A program made the position numbers and the translations under genes. A DNA stretch of 63,562 bases, counting the filler, from Octopus bimaculoides (lineage: Eukaryota): NCBI RefSeq assembly GCF_001194135.2. It is 8 parts of 8 records of this genome, joined end to end, with 100 filler letters (N's around TTAATTAATTAA, not from the genome) between each part and the next. Parts side by side here need not be neighbours in the genome. Positions count along the whole stretch, not along the records: positions 1 to 7,342 come from NC_068981.1; positions 7,443 to 28,233 come from NC_069005.1; 6 more parts are not named here. One strand, written 5' to 3'. This document shows, in pieces, positions 1 to 11,212 of this stretch (position 1 is its first letter; every line of letters begins with the position of its first letter). The notes beneath the pieces were generated by a model that saw only the letters and a list, made by a program, of their open reading frames with translations, was not told the DNA's origin and ran no database searches.

Positions 1-128
1 TTTTCATTAAATTTTAATTTAAAACTATGTACAGTCGATACCATGATATTGGTTTTCTTATTCTTCACTACAATTTCTGTCTAAGAGTTTTACAGTTTTT
101 ATAAATTTTAATTATAATTATTTTATAT

Positions 129-560
129 GTGAGCTGGCAGAACCGTTGGTACGACAGGCGAAATGATAAGCAGTATTTCGTCTGTCTTTACGTTCTGAGT
201 TCCATATTCCTATGAGGTCGATTTTGCTTTTCATCCTTTCGGGGTCGATAAATTAAGTACCAGTTGCGTACTGGGTCGATCTAATCGACTGGCCCCTCCA
301 CTAAAATGTCGGGCCTTGTGCCTAGAATAGAAAAGAATAAAGGCGGTGAGCTGGCAGAATCATTAGCATGCCGGGCGAAATGCTAAGCGATATATCGTCT
401 GTCTTTACGTTCTGAGTTCAAATTCTACCGAGGTCGACATTGCCTTTCATCTTTTCGGGGTCGATAAATTAAGTACTAGTTACGTACTGGGTCAATTTAA
501 TCGACTGGCTCCCTCCCGCAAAATTTAGGGTCTTGTACCTGGAGTAGAAAAGGATATTAT
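129..560 (+). mobile_element. Two tandem copies of tRNA-derived SINE family A (~215-230 bp)
   Basis: Head GGCGGTGAGCTGGCAGAATC (A-box-like), B-box GAGTTCAAATTC, central GCCTTTCATCCTTTCGGGGTCGATAAATTAAGTACCAG, tail GTAGAAAAG; more than 12 related copies in the window. Confidence 0.85.
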
Positions 561-584
561 TTTATATGGTTATATGATTAATAT

Positions 585-700
585 GCTCGGTTTGCAATCG
601 CATCGTTTCGGGTTCAAATCCACCGCGTGGCATCTTGGGCAAGTATTTTCTATAAAAGCTCTGAATCGATTGATACCTCGTGAGTGAATTTTGTAGACGG
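585..700 (+). mobile_element. SINE family B head (CORE-like TCTTGGGCAAGT segment)
   Basis: GGTTCAAATCC B-box followed by CATCTTGGGCAAGT and GTGAGTGAATTTTGTAGACGG, matching copies at 40300 and 56278. Confidence 0.65.
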
Positions 701-889
701 CCCGGCGTGCTAATGATTCTGCCAGCTCACCACTTTTGCCAGACAGGCGTTCATATTCTTATTAGAGTCATTCATATTATGTTCTACCCTATCCGTATAG
801 TTATTGCCACCAGTCATGTTATTACTATATGACATTACATTAGGTTTATTATTTGTGCTTACTGGGTTCCTTTCACTGAATTCTTTAAT

Positions 890-1108
890 TTTCCTAAAAT
901 CATGTGCTACAATAGTTTGGGCTAAGTTCATACTTGTCGAAAAGGCAAATCTAGTCATGTGACAATTGAAAATCTAACTCTACTTACTAGATGATGGAAA
1001 GTGCCTATCAGATACAGTGAAAAATATTGCAGGTATGTTTGTGGCTATCTATGACCAGGAAACTGCGTTATGCCATAATATATGTCTAGATCTAGCTTTT
1101 CTTTTAGG
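890..1108 (-). mobile_element. Degenerate Penelope-like element, RT-to-GIY-YIG linker
   Basis: One minus frame with 3 stops reads PKRKARSRHILWHNAVSWS*IATNIPAIFFTVSDRHFPSSSK*S*IFNCHMTRFAFSTSMNLAQTIVAHD. This fits the PLE linker pattern RxIIWFNPPFS..TNI..F..D.HFP...KIFN...SYS..NL..II..H. Confidence 0.6.
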
Positions 1109-1394
1109 GAATCGGGTCACTCTTTTTGTTCATAATCTCATTTTTTTTCATTTTTGCCTGTATCGTCTTCTTAACAGAACTATTACTTCGTTTATTATGG
1201 GATTTATTTAAAATTATATCGTTATCCACTATGCGACTATTCTTATTGCTGTGATTTTCGGCATAATGACTGGAAATCTCACTATCCTTGTCAAGGTTCC
1301 TTGTTTTACGTTCATTTTTTTATTACCTATATTTATTTGATTCACAGCATAAACCATACTCGTATATTCTCTGATTTATTTTTAGGGATATATA

Positions 1395-1443
1395 TAACTT
1401 AGATATGTTTCGACCAAAATTGGCCCACGCCAGGTCTAACTTA
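1395..1443 (-). ncRNA. Decayed minimal type I hammerhead motif beside the Penelope fragment
   Basis: Minus strand TAAGTTAGA-C-CTGGCGT-G-GGCC(aatttt)GGTC-GAAACATA-TCTAAGTTA: stem I 8 of 9 bp, stem II intact, core mutated. Confidence 0.4.
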
Positions 1444-2035
1444 ATAATAGCACCACCTGATAGGATTTGCTAATTGCTCTTTAAGTCAAGTTTTGTGGTG
1501 TCATGGCCAATTCAAATAGAGAGTTCTTGTTGAGTGAGTTGCATCCAAGTATAGGTAGTTTATTTAGTTTGCCGTCAAGAAATTTGAAATTTGTCCGGAT
1601 TCCGTTTATGGGCGGTGCAATCATTTTCGCCTTTTATTTGTTTTGGGACAATGTTTTTAATAGAACAGGGCCTGTGTCTGAGAAAGAAATCGTGTTGCAG
1701 AGTATTTGTGTTGTGATCCTGAATTGTGTAGAGGACTATGGCACGTGGTCCTCTGTGTGTGTGTAAATGTATATACGTATGTATATGTGTGTGTGTGTGT
1801 GTGTGTTAAATAACTAGGCCAAGGCAGTTTGATATTCCTTGGGCATTTATAAATAGAAAGGTGGTCTAACAGCTGTTTCAGGAAAAAAGTTTTAAAAGCT
1901 TCAATAGAAGGAATTAGAAGAGTTCTATTTTTTTTTTTTTTTTAGAATTTATTCTGGAGACGGAGAGATATATAAGAAATTAGATATAATGCAGAAAGTA
2001 TAAAAGGAAAATATGAAAATAAAAATGCATATTGT

Positions 2036-2080
2036 ATGTTAAAGTTGCTATTCCGGATAAAGGAACAGCAACTTTAACAT
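2036..2080. other. Near-perfect hairpin followed by two 18-bp direct repeats (2082-2099, 2105-2122)
   Basis: ATGTTAAAGTTGCT-A-TTCC-(GGATAAA)-GGAA-C-AGCAACTTTAACAT; the repeats are TACGTCA(C/T)CAATATTTAG. Confidence 0.8.
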
Positions 2081-3186
2081 CTACGTCACCAATATTTAGA
2101 CAATTACGTCATCAATATTTAGTTAGCCCTTTAAATTCTTGGTGAGGGCACCGTGTGTCTGATTAAACATGTATGTGTTAATACTTGTAGTTTTTTTATT
2201 GTCTTTTAAACGGTTTAATTAGCTTTAAACACAGCAAGGTTTATAATATTAGTTTATTACAAGTACTTTTATTAGTTCTTATTTAATGAAATTTAAGTTT
2301 ATATTAGTCTGGTTATTTAATATTATAACTTGTAGTGGTGATATATTAATGAGTATGTAGCGTTTTATTATTAACTTTTGAATGATGAAATAATGTATTT
2401 CATTCATAAAAATATTAGTTAAATTAGTTAAATTTCAATCGTGTTTTGTTTTGGAAAAATTTTTATAAGGCTTGAACTTTCATTATAGTATCATCTATGG
2501 AAGACCGGTGGGATTATTATTTATATTGACTTAAAGATTGGTCGCAATTTAGCATATAATTATTTAATTATTGCTGTTTACTATTAATACCGATACAATG
2601 TACATTGGTTTATATCTCTCTTTTAATCCTGCCTATATATTGATTGATTGATTGATATAATGTGGTTATTAAGCTTTTACTTTTATATTACACAACGGAA
2701 GACGGTAGGGATTATAATTTTTGTATGACTTAATTGAGTTGAGGCTGTTTAGTTACGGATTTAAGAGGATTTGTAATTTACTTATGGAATTTATTTATCG
2801 ATACGGTTGTACATTCGATAAATCTGTTTGAAAGTTGTTCTTTCTTTGGTTTGTTTGTTCCCAAACAACACTTATTTTGGTGCTGTTGACATCACCGTAT
2901 TAAATGGTACTACCTAGGTGTCGAAACCATAATGATATCCGTGGGGAAGCTGATGATGGAGGTATGTTGGATTGTTGGTATGGCTGTTTTTGTATATGTA
3001 AAATAGTATTATTGGATTGTTGCTATGGCTGTAGAACAACTCGCACATGCAAGTGCTACCAGTCGAGAACTCTGCATACCGGAAGCCAGCAAGTGTATGG
3101 GGTCATCAGGAGAGAATGCGCGCCGCTTCGGGGCCTACCTCTAAAAAACAAAACGGTGCGTATTATTACACATCCTTTTGATATAT

Positions 3187-3590
3187 AAGACGTTTGATCA
3201 ATAAGTATCCAGACTTGTCATAGTAACGAAGTTAAAGCACGCAGAGTGGAGCGCTTGACAAAGATTGTGCTCGAACTCTGCTGTACATGTACACTAAGTT
3301 TTAACGTTCTAGCTCACTTCTGTTGTTTACAGCAGTGCTAGGAAGGAAGTTGTGTAGCTTGTGATCGTCGCATTGACCATCACAGAGAAACTCTCATGAT
3401 GATACTTGCTCAGACGCCTACGCAAAATTGTAGAAAGTGTATGGAGAGAAGTATATGAGCTGCATACGAGTGTACGAGTGGTTCAGACGTTTCCAAGATG
3501 GCCGAAAAAATGTCGATATGGACGAACGCTGTGGAAGACCTGCAACCAGCAGAACTGAGAAAAATATTGCGAATGTGCCAAGAAGATACT
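3187..3590 (+). mobile_element. Mariner-type DNA transposon, 5' fragment
   Basis: TIR-like TTGATCAATAAGTATCCAGACT; translation YGEKYMSCIRVYEWFRRFQDGRKNVDMDERCGRPATSRTEKNIANV matches the mariner HTH region. Confidence 0.75.
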
Positions 3591-3611
3591 AGCAAACACA
3601 TATAATTTCCA

Positions 3612-4615
3612 CATCAGCAGTGTCGTAGACCGCTGCTGCCTAAAACGAAATCAAGGCAGCAGAGGTTTAATATCAATCCAAACTGCCTTTGAATATCGTA
3701 TCATATCCCTTCGGCGATATCTTTTAACCACCAAGTGTCGAAGTGCATCCCAAACATGAGGCTGATAACATCATAAGACTTGGAAAGCATCTCCTTGAGC
3801 AGCATTCCTTGTCTGATAACCTTAAATACATGCCCAAAGAAGTTGCACAACTTTACCGCAATGTATCGTCAGATGAAAGGGTGAGCGTATGTGAGCAGAA
3901 GACCAGGCATGGATATGTTAGTAGAAAGCTCAGAGATGATAGTAACGTTGATCAGCAAAGCGGTCTATCATGGACCAACAACCGATTACTACCTCCCACT
4001 TTGAAGGGTATGTGTTTGCAATCCATGAACAGGAAATATCAACCACATACTAGATGTACAAAAGGGGCAGATGCAGAGAGAGCAGTAAAATGTGACAGCC
4101 TATGCAGACTTTGTGGAGTTAACACCGAAAATATCACCCACATCATAAGTATTGTCTGAAAATGTCATCACAGTATTATGAGAAATGATGTTGTAGCTAG
4201 GACACTGTATAATGAGATATGTCGGAAGGATAACACGAGGACATAGAAATAAGGACCCACAGTATGCTAGAACTTATAGTCACTCATAATAAAAAGGAGT
4301 ACTGATAGAATGTCACAGTGAAAACCTTTATAAAATTTAAGCGCAACAGATCTGACATAATGATATGGAAGAGAATAGAAACTGTGTGCGGTTATGGAAA
4401 TCAGCTGCCCAGCGGATAAAGCTAAAGAGCAGTGAAAACGAAAATGCCTACGCTGAACTACTAAGAAATTCTCAGTTACTCTATCCAGATTACAAGTCCA
4501 GGTTTATACTTGTAATTATGGAGGCACTAGGATATGTAACGCACTGCCTAAATGCCTAGAGAAATTAGGAAGAAGAAAGCTGATTCGAAGACTACAGATC
4601 CAATCCATCACTTGA
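3612..4615 (+). mobile_element. R4/Dong-like RLE non-LTR retrotransposon, degenerate 3' portion
   Basis: VDRCCLKRNQGSRGLISIQTAFEYRIISL (RT C-terminus), CRLCGVNTENITHI (CCHC knuckle), RNDVVARTLYNEIC and later RLE remnants with frameshifts. Confidence 0.75.
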
Positions 4616-5030
4616 ACTGAAAGAAACATGTAAAACTTTCCAGAAGTTTATCATTTAAGTATATATGAGCATGTCTAGATATGCAAGTATATGCATGAGA
4701 ATACACGCATAAAACAAAACATACAAATCTGCACACATACATACATACATACAGAAATACCTTGTTGATGTTGAAATTCCAATGAAGAAGACTTGGATCT
4801 AGGTTGGAAACCGGTTCTGACTCTATTAGCAAGAAATCTTGAAATAAAACTGAATGGCATACATATATGCATGCATATCACCGTTTGTTATCTCCCCCTT
4901 TCTTAGCTCTCCTGAAATAAGAATTTCTAACTTCCGGTCAGTCATTGTTATGATCGGCCATTATTATGATTGACCGTTGACTGAACACTATTCAATTTTT
5001 TTCTCCGTGTTTTTCTCCTTGTCTCCGTAT

Positions 5031-5067
5031 TCTTTCTGTTGAAGAGCGTAGCTCGAAACGTCAAAGA
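5031..5067 (+). ncRNA. Minimal type I hammerhead motif (A6>U core) in a dispersed pLTR-like repeat
   Basis: TCTTT-CTGTTGA-A-GAGC(GTA)GCTC-GAAACGTC-AAAGA: stem I 5 bp, stem II 4 bp, palindromic ACGT stem III, GUC triplet. Confidence 0.6.
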
Positions 5068-6170
5068 CTTTCCGTATTCCCGAGCGTCATACTAATATAT
5101 ACTTTTGTTATTTACACCACCTGTCCTCGTCTGTTGTTATTTTTTGTATATTCTCCTACATACATACATACATGATGGTGCAAATTGAGTAATGTCATCG
5201 GTTTGTTTCTCCTTTAAACAAGAGCAGCGCGGAATGTGGTTTTTCAGTTCTGCTTTCATCTTACAATCTTATGAACAGATGTAGCAACGATGGGTACCTC
5301 TTGCAGCAGATGTTCAGAGAGCTTACCACCCATGCTGACAGATGTTTTCATTCCATTACTGAATTTTTATCGAGCATTTTCCCTTTATCGGCAACAGCGA
5401 ACCACAATTTGCAACACATAATAGGCACATTAATGGGAATGTTAAAAATCGATATTGCCACTTGAAATTATTTAGAGTGACGAAAGTATTGCACGGGACC
5501 AATCTGACTCCCTAAACAACATGTGTTTGCCCGAAATTGAGACCTTGTCAACATTAGAGGCAAACTAAGTCGCAGGTGTCTCACCAGAACTGTTCTTCTC
5601 CAAGAAAGATGTCTTAACAACGATAAGATGTCTCTCACTTCCAGTTGTTGGATTGCTGTTGTGTGCTAAGTTTATTCACCCCTTGAGAGGTTTTGTCTTT
5701 CGTCCTGCAGGGTGTCCACCGAAAACCACCCACTTTACCAAGATGGTTTAATAGGGTTGCTTGTTGAGTCGCTGACAACTCGACTATGCGACATGTTGCA
5801 CTTGGTTACATATTCCTAGTAGCACAAAAAGTGATCTGACTTACATACAAACCAATCTACACAGACACATATGCACACAGTAAATCAGACCAGTAGGTTA
5901 TGTGAATAAGCACTAAACTCGAACTATTTAATATCGATTAAACCATACGTGACATACAGATGTTATTAATACTTATTTTATGGATGACTAGAGTAATGAC
6001 AAGTAAAGTATAACCTGAAAACATTTGAACATATAACGTAATAATAGTCACATGTCTCAACCATCACAGTCCCTCAATATATCTTTCTTTTTATCTTCGT
6101 CATAAATCCATGCCTATACGTCGGTCTGCGTATGAATACATAGTGGATAGATTCCACTGAAATTAGATAA

Positions 6171-6317
6171 ATAACCTTCGAGCAGATAGTCAGCAGCGCC
6201 GCCTGGCTAAGGCTTGGCTACTCTGCATTGACAAGGGGCAACACCCTGAAACTAGTCTAGTCTGCAGATGCCAAACCAGCAGGGGGACACTGCTGACCTC
6301 CCCTGTTCGAAGGTTAT
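6171..6317 (+). other. Rod-like inverted-repeat structure enclosing the hammerhead
   Basis: 6171-6185/6303-6317 pair over 15 bp (one G-U); 6189-6196/6290-6297 over 8 bp; CTGG/CCAG 6203-06/6276-79; TTGGC/GCCAA 6214-18/6270-74. Confidence 0.8.
6214..6274 (+). ncRNA. Complete type I hammerhead ribozyme, U3-A8 core variant, predicted cleavage after C6262
   Basis: Stem I TCTGCA(6222-27)/TGCAGA(6263-68), extended by TTGGC/GCCAA. Core TTGACAA(6228-34). Stem II GGGG(CAACA)CCCT. GAA(6248-50). Stem III ACTA(GTC)TAGT, then C17. Folded by eye. Confidence 0.8.
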
Positions 6318-7386
6318 AAAGGACACAGGTTTCGTGTGTCACATAGCTAGCTAGAGGCGATGGCTTCTTGGAGCTAATTCACGGCAGCTTTCGTCCTAAT
6401 TTTGGGACTGCCATGTTGGCTTGGCGATAACTATTAATTTCCAGTACCGCTGCCGTAGNNNNNNNNNNNNNNNNNNNNNNNNNNNNNNNNNNNNNNNNNN
6501 NNNNNNNNNNNNNNNNNNNNNNNNNNNNNNNNNNNNNNNNNNNNNNNNNNNNNNNNNNNNNNNNNNNNNNNNNNNNNNNNNNNNNNNNNNNNNNNNNNNN
6601 NNNNNNNNNNNNNNNNNNNNNNNNNNNNNNNNNNNNNNNNNNNNNNNNNNNNNNNNNNNNNNNNNNNNNNNNNNNNNNNNNNNNNNNNNNNNNNNNNNNN
6701 NNNNNNNNNNNNNNNNNNNNNNNNNNNNNNNNNNNNNNNNNNNNNNNNNNNNNNNNNNNTATATATATATATATGGACATACATATGTATATACTTATTT
6801 ATTTATACACGCACACACAGAGATTTTATGTGTGTCCGAGTCAACTGGGAATAGATTATTCATATACAAGCACATGTTTAATAAATAAGGTCATTAAAGA
6901 GAAAAAAAATGCATTTAATAATATAAAGGCGATCAACATCCGCTTCTTTTCGCACAGTCGTAGCAAAAACTAGTTCAAGGAGGTTGAGCATTCATTAAAC
7001 AACCAATTGGATTCTCTCATCTATGGTTTAACGTATTACCATCTCGCTAATGAAATACGGTTGACGTCATGGTCGCTATGTATCAGATACGCTTTAATTC
7101 CCGTTGTGCGTTTTTGTTTGTTTTGCTTTTTCACATCAAAAGAACAGAACAGTTCAAAGAGCACTTATTTATGTAGGTTAATTTATAATATTCTACATCA
7201 TGGTGGTGTTGGATATACGTGCGCGCACGCGCACGCGCGCACACACACACACACACTTGCACTTAGATGTAAGAATATATATGTATTTGTATACATGTGC
7301 ATGTATGTGTGGCTGTATATATATATATATATATATATATATNNNNNNNNNNNNNNNNNNNNNNNNNNNNNNNNNNNNNNNNNNNN

Positions 7387-7398
7387 TTAATTAATTAA
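7387..7398. other. Artificial TTAATTAATTAA six-frame-stop spacer in a 100-bp scaffold-join gap (also 28278, 36288, 43560, 49580, 53504, 58421)
   Basis: The same 12-mer is centred in seven gaps, each flanked by about 44 N per side. Confidence 0.95.
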
Positions 7399-8350
7399 NN
7401 NNNNNNNNNNNNNNNNNNNNNNNNNNNNNNNNNNNNNNNNNNATATATAAACGTGTTTATGTTAGAAGAATGTAACTATGTGTTGATGTTAGCAAAGGGA
7501 AGCATTCACAATGTGTCAGGTATGTAAAACTTGATCAAAAATTCAATACTAAGTCACAGTTAGAGCGCTTGTGGAATAGTTCATTATATTGTCTTCCGTG
7601 GAGCTGTTAGTGATTTCGCATTGACAATGGGTTTCTTGCGGAATAGTGATAATTCTATGAAAGACAATGCCACTATTCTGTAAATTCTCTAGCATCTGAA
7701 GAATTGGTCAGTCTTACACAATTTCAATTAAGATCAATAGCAGCATTATAGTGTGTGTATGTGAATACGTGTATGTATGTGCATGTGTGTGTGTGTGTGG
7801 GAACGATGACGTGTTCAGCGTACACGGCATTCCGTTTGTAGGTTTGTGGGATTACAGCATTGATGTATATATGTATATATGTGTCGATGTATGTATACAA
7901 ATCTACATTCATGTAGATTTCTGTACATAAATTTCTGTGTATATACGGGTTTGTATATGTATANNNNNNNNNNNNNNNNNNNNNNNNNNNNNNNNNNNNN
8001 NNNNNNNNNNNNNNNNNNNNNNNNNNNNNNNNNNNNNNNNNNNNNNNNNNNNNNNNNNNNNNNNNNNNNNNNNNNNNNNNNNNNNNNNNNNNNNNNNNNN
8101 NNNNNNNNNNNNNNNNNNNNNNNNNNNNNNNNNNNNNNNNNNNNNNNNNNNNNNNNNNNNNNNNNNNNNNNNNNNNNNNATATACACACCAAAATTTGAA
8201 TATAGATATAAAAATATATATTTTAGTGTATATGTAAGTATGTATGTATATATATATGTGTATCTATAGATGCATGTAGGTATGTATGATTGCATTGCAT
8301 AGGCTACTTAAGCCTTATATATAGCGTATAATTTTCAGGACATGATCTGC

Positions 8351-8386
<36 letters not shown>

Positions 8387-8466
8387 GCATGAGCCTGTTC
8401 AAGTATTTATTTGTCTACCTGTCTGTCTGTCAGTTTTTCTGTGTCTTTCTTTTTCTCTACCCACTG

Positions 8467-8521
<55 letters not shown>

Positions 8522-8660
8522 GTGTGTATGTGTGTGTGTGTGTGTCTGTGTCTGTGTGTGTGTGTATCTGTGTTTGTGATTCTGTGCGTGTATATATTCG
8601 TTGATGCTTACATATATTAAAAGATTTACATACACACTTACACACACACACACACACACT

Positions 8661-8714
8661 TCCGCCGCCTCCGCCCTCGTCGTCCCCGCCCCCGCCTCCG
8701 CCTTCCCCGCCGCT
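8661..8714 (-). promoter_or_regulatory. Short GC-rich patch with several GGGCGG (GC-box) motifs and G-runs
   Basis: Minus strand GCGGCGGGGAAGGCGGAGGCGGGGGCGGGGACGACGAGGGCGGAGGCGGCGG in an AT-rich background; no linked gene found. Confidence 0.3.
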
Positions 8715-9953
8715 GATTTGGAGCAGAATTTAAACTCAAAAGGCAAACGCTGACAAAATGTTTCTGAACATTTTATGTTAACGGTAATGTCACCTAGTCA
8801 CCTACAGAACTTAAAGTATAATAATAATGAAGTTAAACAGACTGGTTTATAGAAGGTAGCAGATAATCCGGTTTCAATATTTCTAGAATCTGGTTTACTG
8901 AGATATAGCACTGTTTTTATTCTGTGGTATCTTTAACATAGAATCAGAATTATTTCGTGTTTCTCTCGTAGTTTATTTTATCGAATCCCGACGGACGAAA
9001 GGCAAAGTTGTTCTTTAGCATTATTTGAAAATGGAAAGGAAGTCATCGATACAAATAAGACAAGACTTTAAAACTCGGTATTGTAACTGTTTGGTTAAAC
9101 CATCATCCGTTGTAGTAACAGCAGCAACAGCAGCAGAAATGGGAGATGTAGTATCAGTCGTGTTGGTAGCAATTGTAAAAGAAGGGAGAAACCGATGAGA
9201 AAGTAGACGGTGGGTTTCAATCCGAAGTAATAAACCAAACAGCAACAAAATAATAAGACGTAAAATACGAATAAGGAGATAAAGCACAAGAACAAGATGT
9301 ATGATAATAATGATAATGATGATGTTGATATTAACAATAACAACAACAACAACAACAACAACAATAATAATAATAATAATAATAATGAGGGTAATAATAA
9401 TAATAATAATAATAATAATTGTTATTATTATTGTTATTATTCTTATTATTATACTAATAAGAAGAATTAGAGGAGGAAAGATGAAGATAAATGAAGGTGA
9501 TAATTTAGTCTCGTTGATCAATAGGCATGACTCGAATTAGAATCGATTGTGATTTGTTGAACACGACAGAAATAGATTGTGAAAAATAAGAAAAAAAATA
9601 CAAAAATCAAATTAAAACAAAATATTTTTGTTGGATTTGTAAAGACATAAAATTAGTATAAACCCCCTAAGGAAACAAATGAAAAAAATTTAAAAAAAAA
9701 AAAAACATTATTTAAGCGGAAAGTCCGGAATACAATGTTTGCATTGACGAAGGTTTCTTAAACAATCCCAGAATAGTTCCCCCATTTGGGGAAAAGAGGA
9801 TATTTGAGTTTTCAATAAAAGTTTATAATAAAAATTAAAATTTCTTTATAGAAAGTATTTAAGTTTCTGATTATTTACGTATCTCATTATAATTTCTGTA
9901 CTGCTAAATCTCTTGGGTATATATTTGCTGCTTATCAATAGGAAGTATTTTCA

Positions 9954-10037
<84 letters not shown>

Positions 10038-10048
10038 GCTATTATTTA

Positions 10049-10250
10049 AGGCGGTGAGCAGGCAGAATTGTTAGCATGTCGGGCAAAATGCTTAGCGCCA
10101 TTTCGTCTGTCGAAACATTTTGAGTTCAAATTCCGCCAAGGTCCACTTTGCCGTTCATCATTTTAGGGTCAATAAATTTAGTACCACTTGAGAACTTGGG
10201 TCGATGCAATTGACTTAACTCTTCCGCACAAATTTGAAGTCTTGTAGATA
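10049..10250 (+). mobile_element. SINE family A directly after a long (TTA)n tract
   Basis: Same head, B-box and central segment as the copies at 129-560. Confidence 0.85.
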
Positions 10251-10339
10251 GATAGATAGATTGATAGATAGATAGATAGTTATATATATATATAGAGAGA
10301 GAGAGAGACCCTTCAGACAAGAATGTAATTGCATTTAGA

Positions 10340-10575
10340 AAGTTAGCCTGCGAGGAAGACCATCAGTCACCCGTGCATACCAGCCTCCACTCTCCACACC
10401 ACCAAAGTTATCGAAGGGAAAGGCAAAAGCCGATGCAACTTAGCACAAGTGACGTGGCAACTTATTTCTACAGATAAGTAAACTGGAGCCACGTGAAATA
10501 GTGTCTTGCTCAAGAACGCAACACACAACCTGGTCAGAGACATCGAACTCACAGTACACGACTGTAAGCCCTTTG
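10340..10575 (-). mobile_element. SINE family E (tRNA head, TTCTTGAGCAAGACACT segment); 3' part recurs at 52876-53050
   Basis: Minus strand GTGAGTTCGATGTCTC B-box-like motif and shared GGAGGCTGGTATGCA(C/T)GGG(T/C)GACTG segment. Confidence 0.65.
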
Positions 10576-10604
10576 CTCTAACAACTGAGACATACATCTA
10601 TCTA

Positions 10605-10635
<31 letters not shown>

Positions 10636-10963
10636 CTCTGTATGTCTCTCTCTCTCTCTATATATATACACACACACACGCACACATATATACATACATT
10701 TATATATTTATGTATATTTATTACATACATACATATATATAGATGTGTGTATGTATCTATCTGTACAGGCACGTATTTATGTGTGTTTCTGTGTGTGTGT
10801 GCGCGCGTGTGCGCGCGTGTCTGTGTCTCCGTTCTCGTGTGCATAAAGGAGGAGATTCGATATAGCTCAATGTTTCGTTCTGCACTTTTTTCTGGAGGTC
10901 AAGTAACATAATATTTGCATATTGCATCACGGCCGACAGTGTAGTAAATGTGAATTCACCGAT

Positions 10964-10995
<32 letters not shown>

Positions 10996-11177
10996 CCTCT
11001 CTTTTTTTTCCCTCTCTTTTTCTCTCTCTCTCTCACCCACTCTCTCTTTCTTTCTTTATCCTTCTCTCACATGAATTCGTGTGTGCTCACGTGTATATGT
11101 TCATATATGCAAATCATTGATATGTATGTACACATGTATATATGTGTGTGGGTATATAAACATTATATATGTATATG

Positions 11178-11212
<35 letters not shown>

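Noticed and set aside
2130-2900. NUMT (mitochondrial insertion)
   Set aside because: The strand skew is suggestive, but no mitochondrial protein, rRNA or tRNA motif was recognisable by eye.
4772-4820. Hammerhead-like AATGAAGAAG...GAAACCGGTT
   Set aside because: Position 3 is A with no 3-8 pair, and no stem I could be formed.
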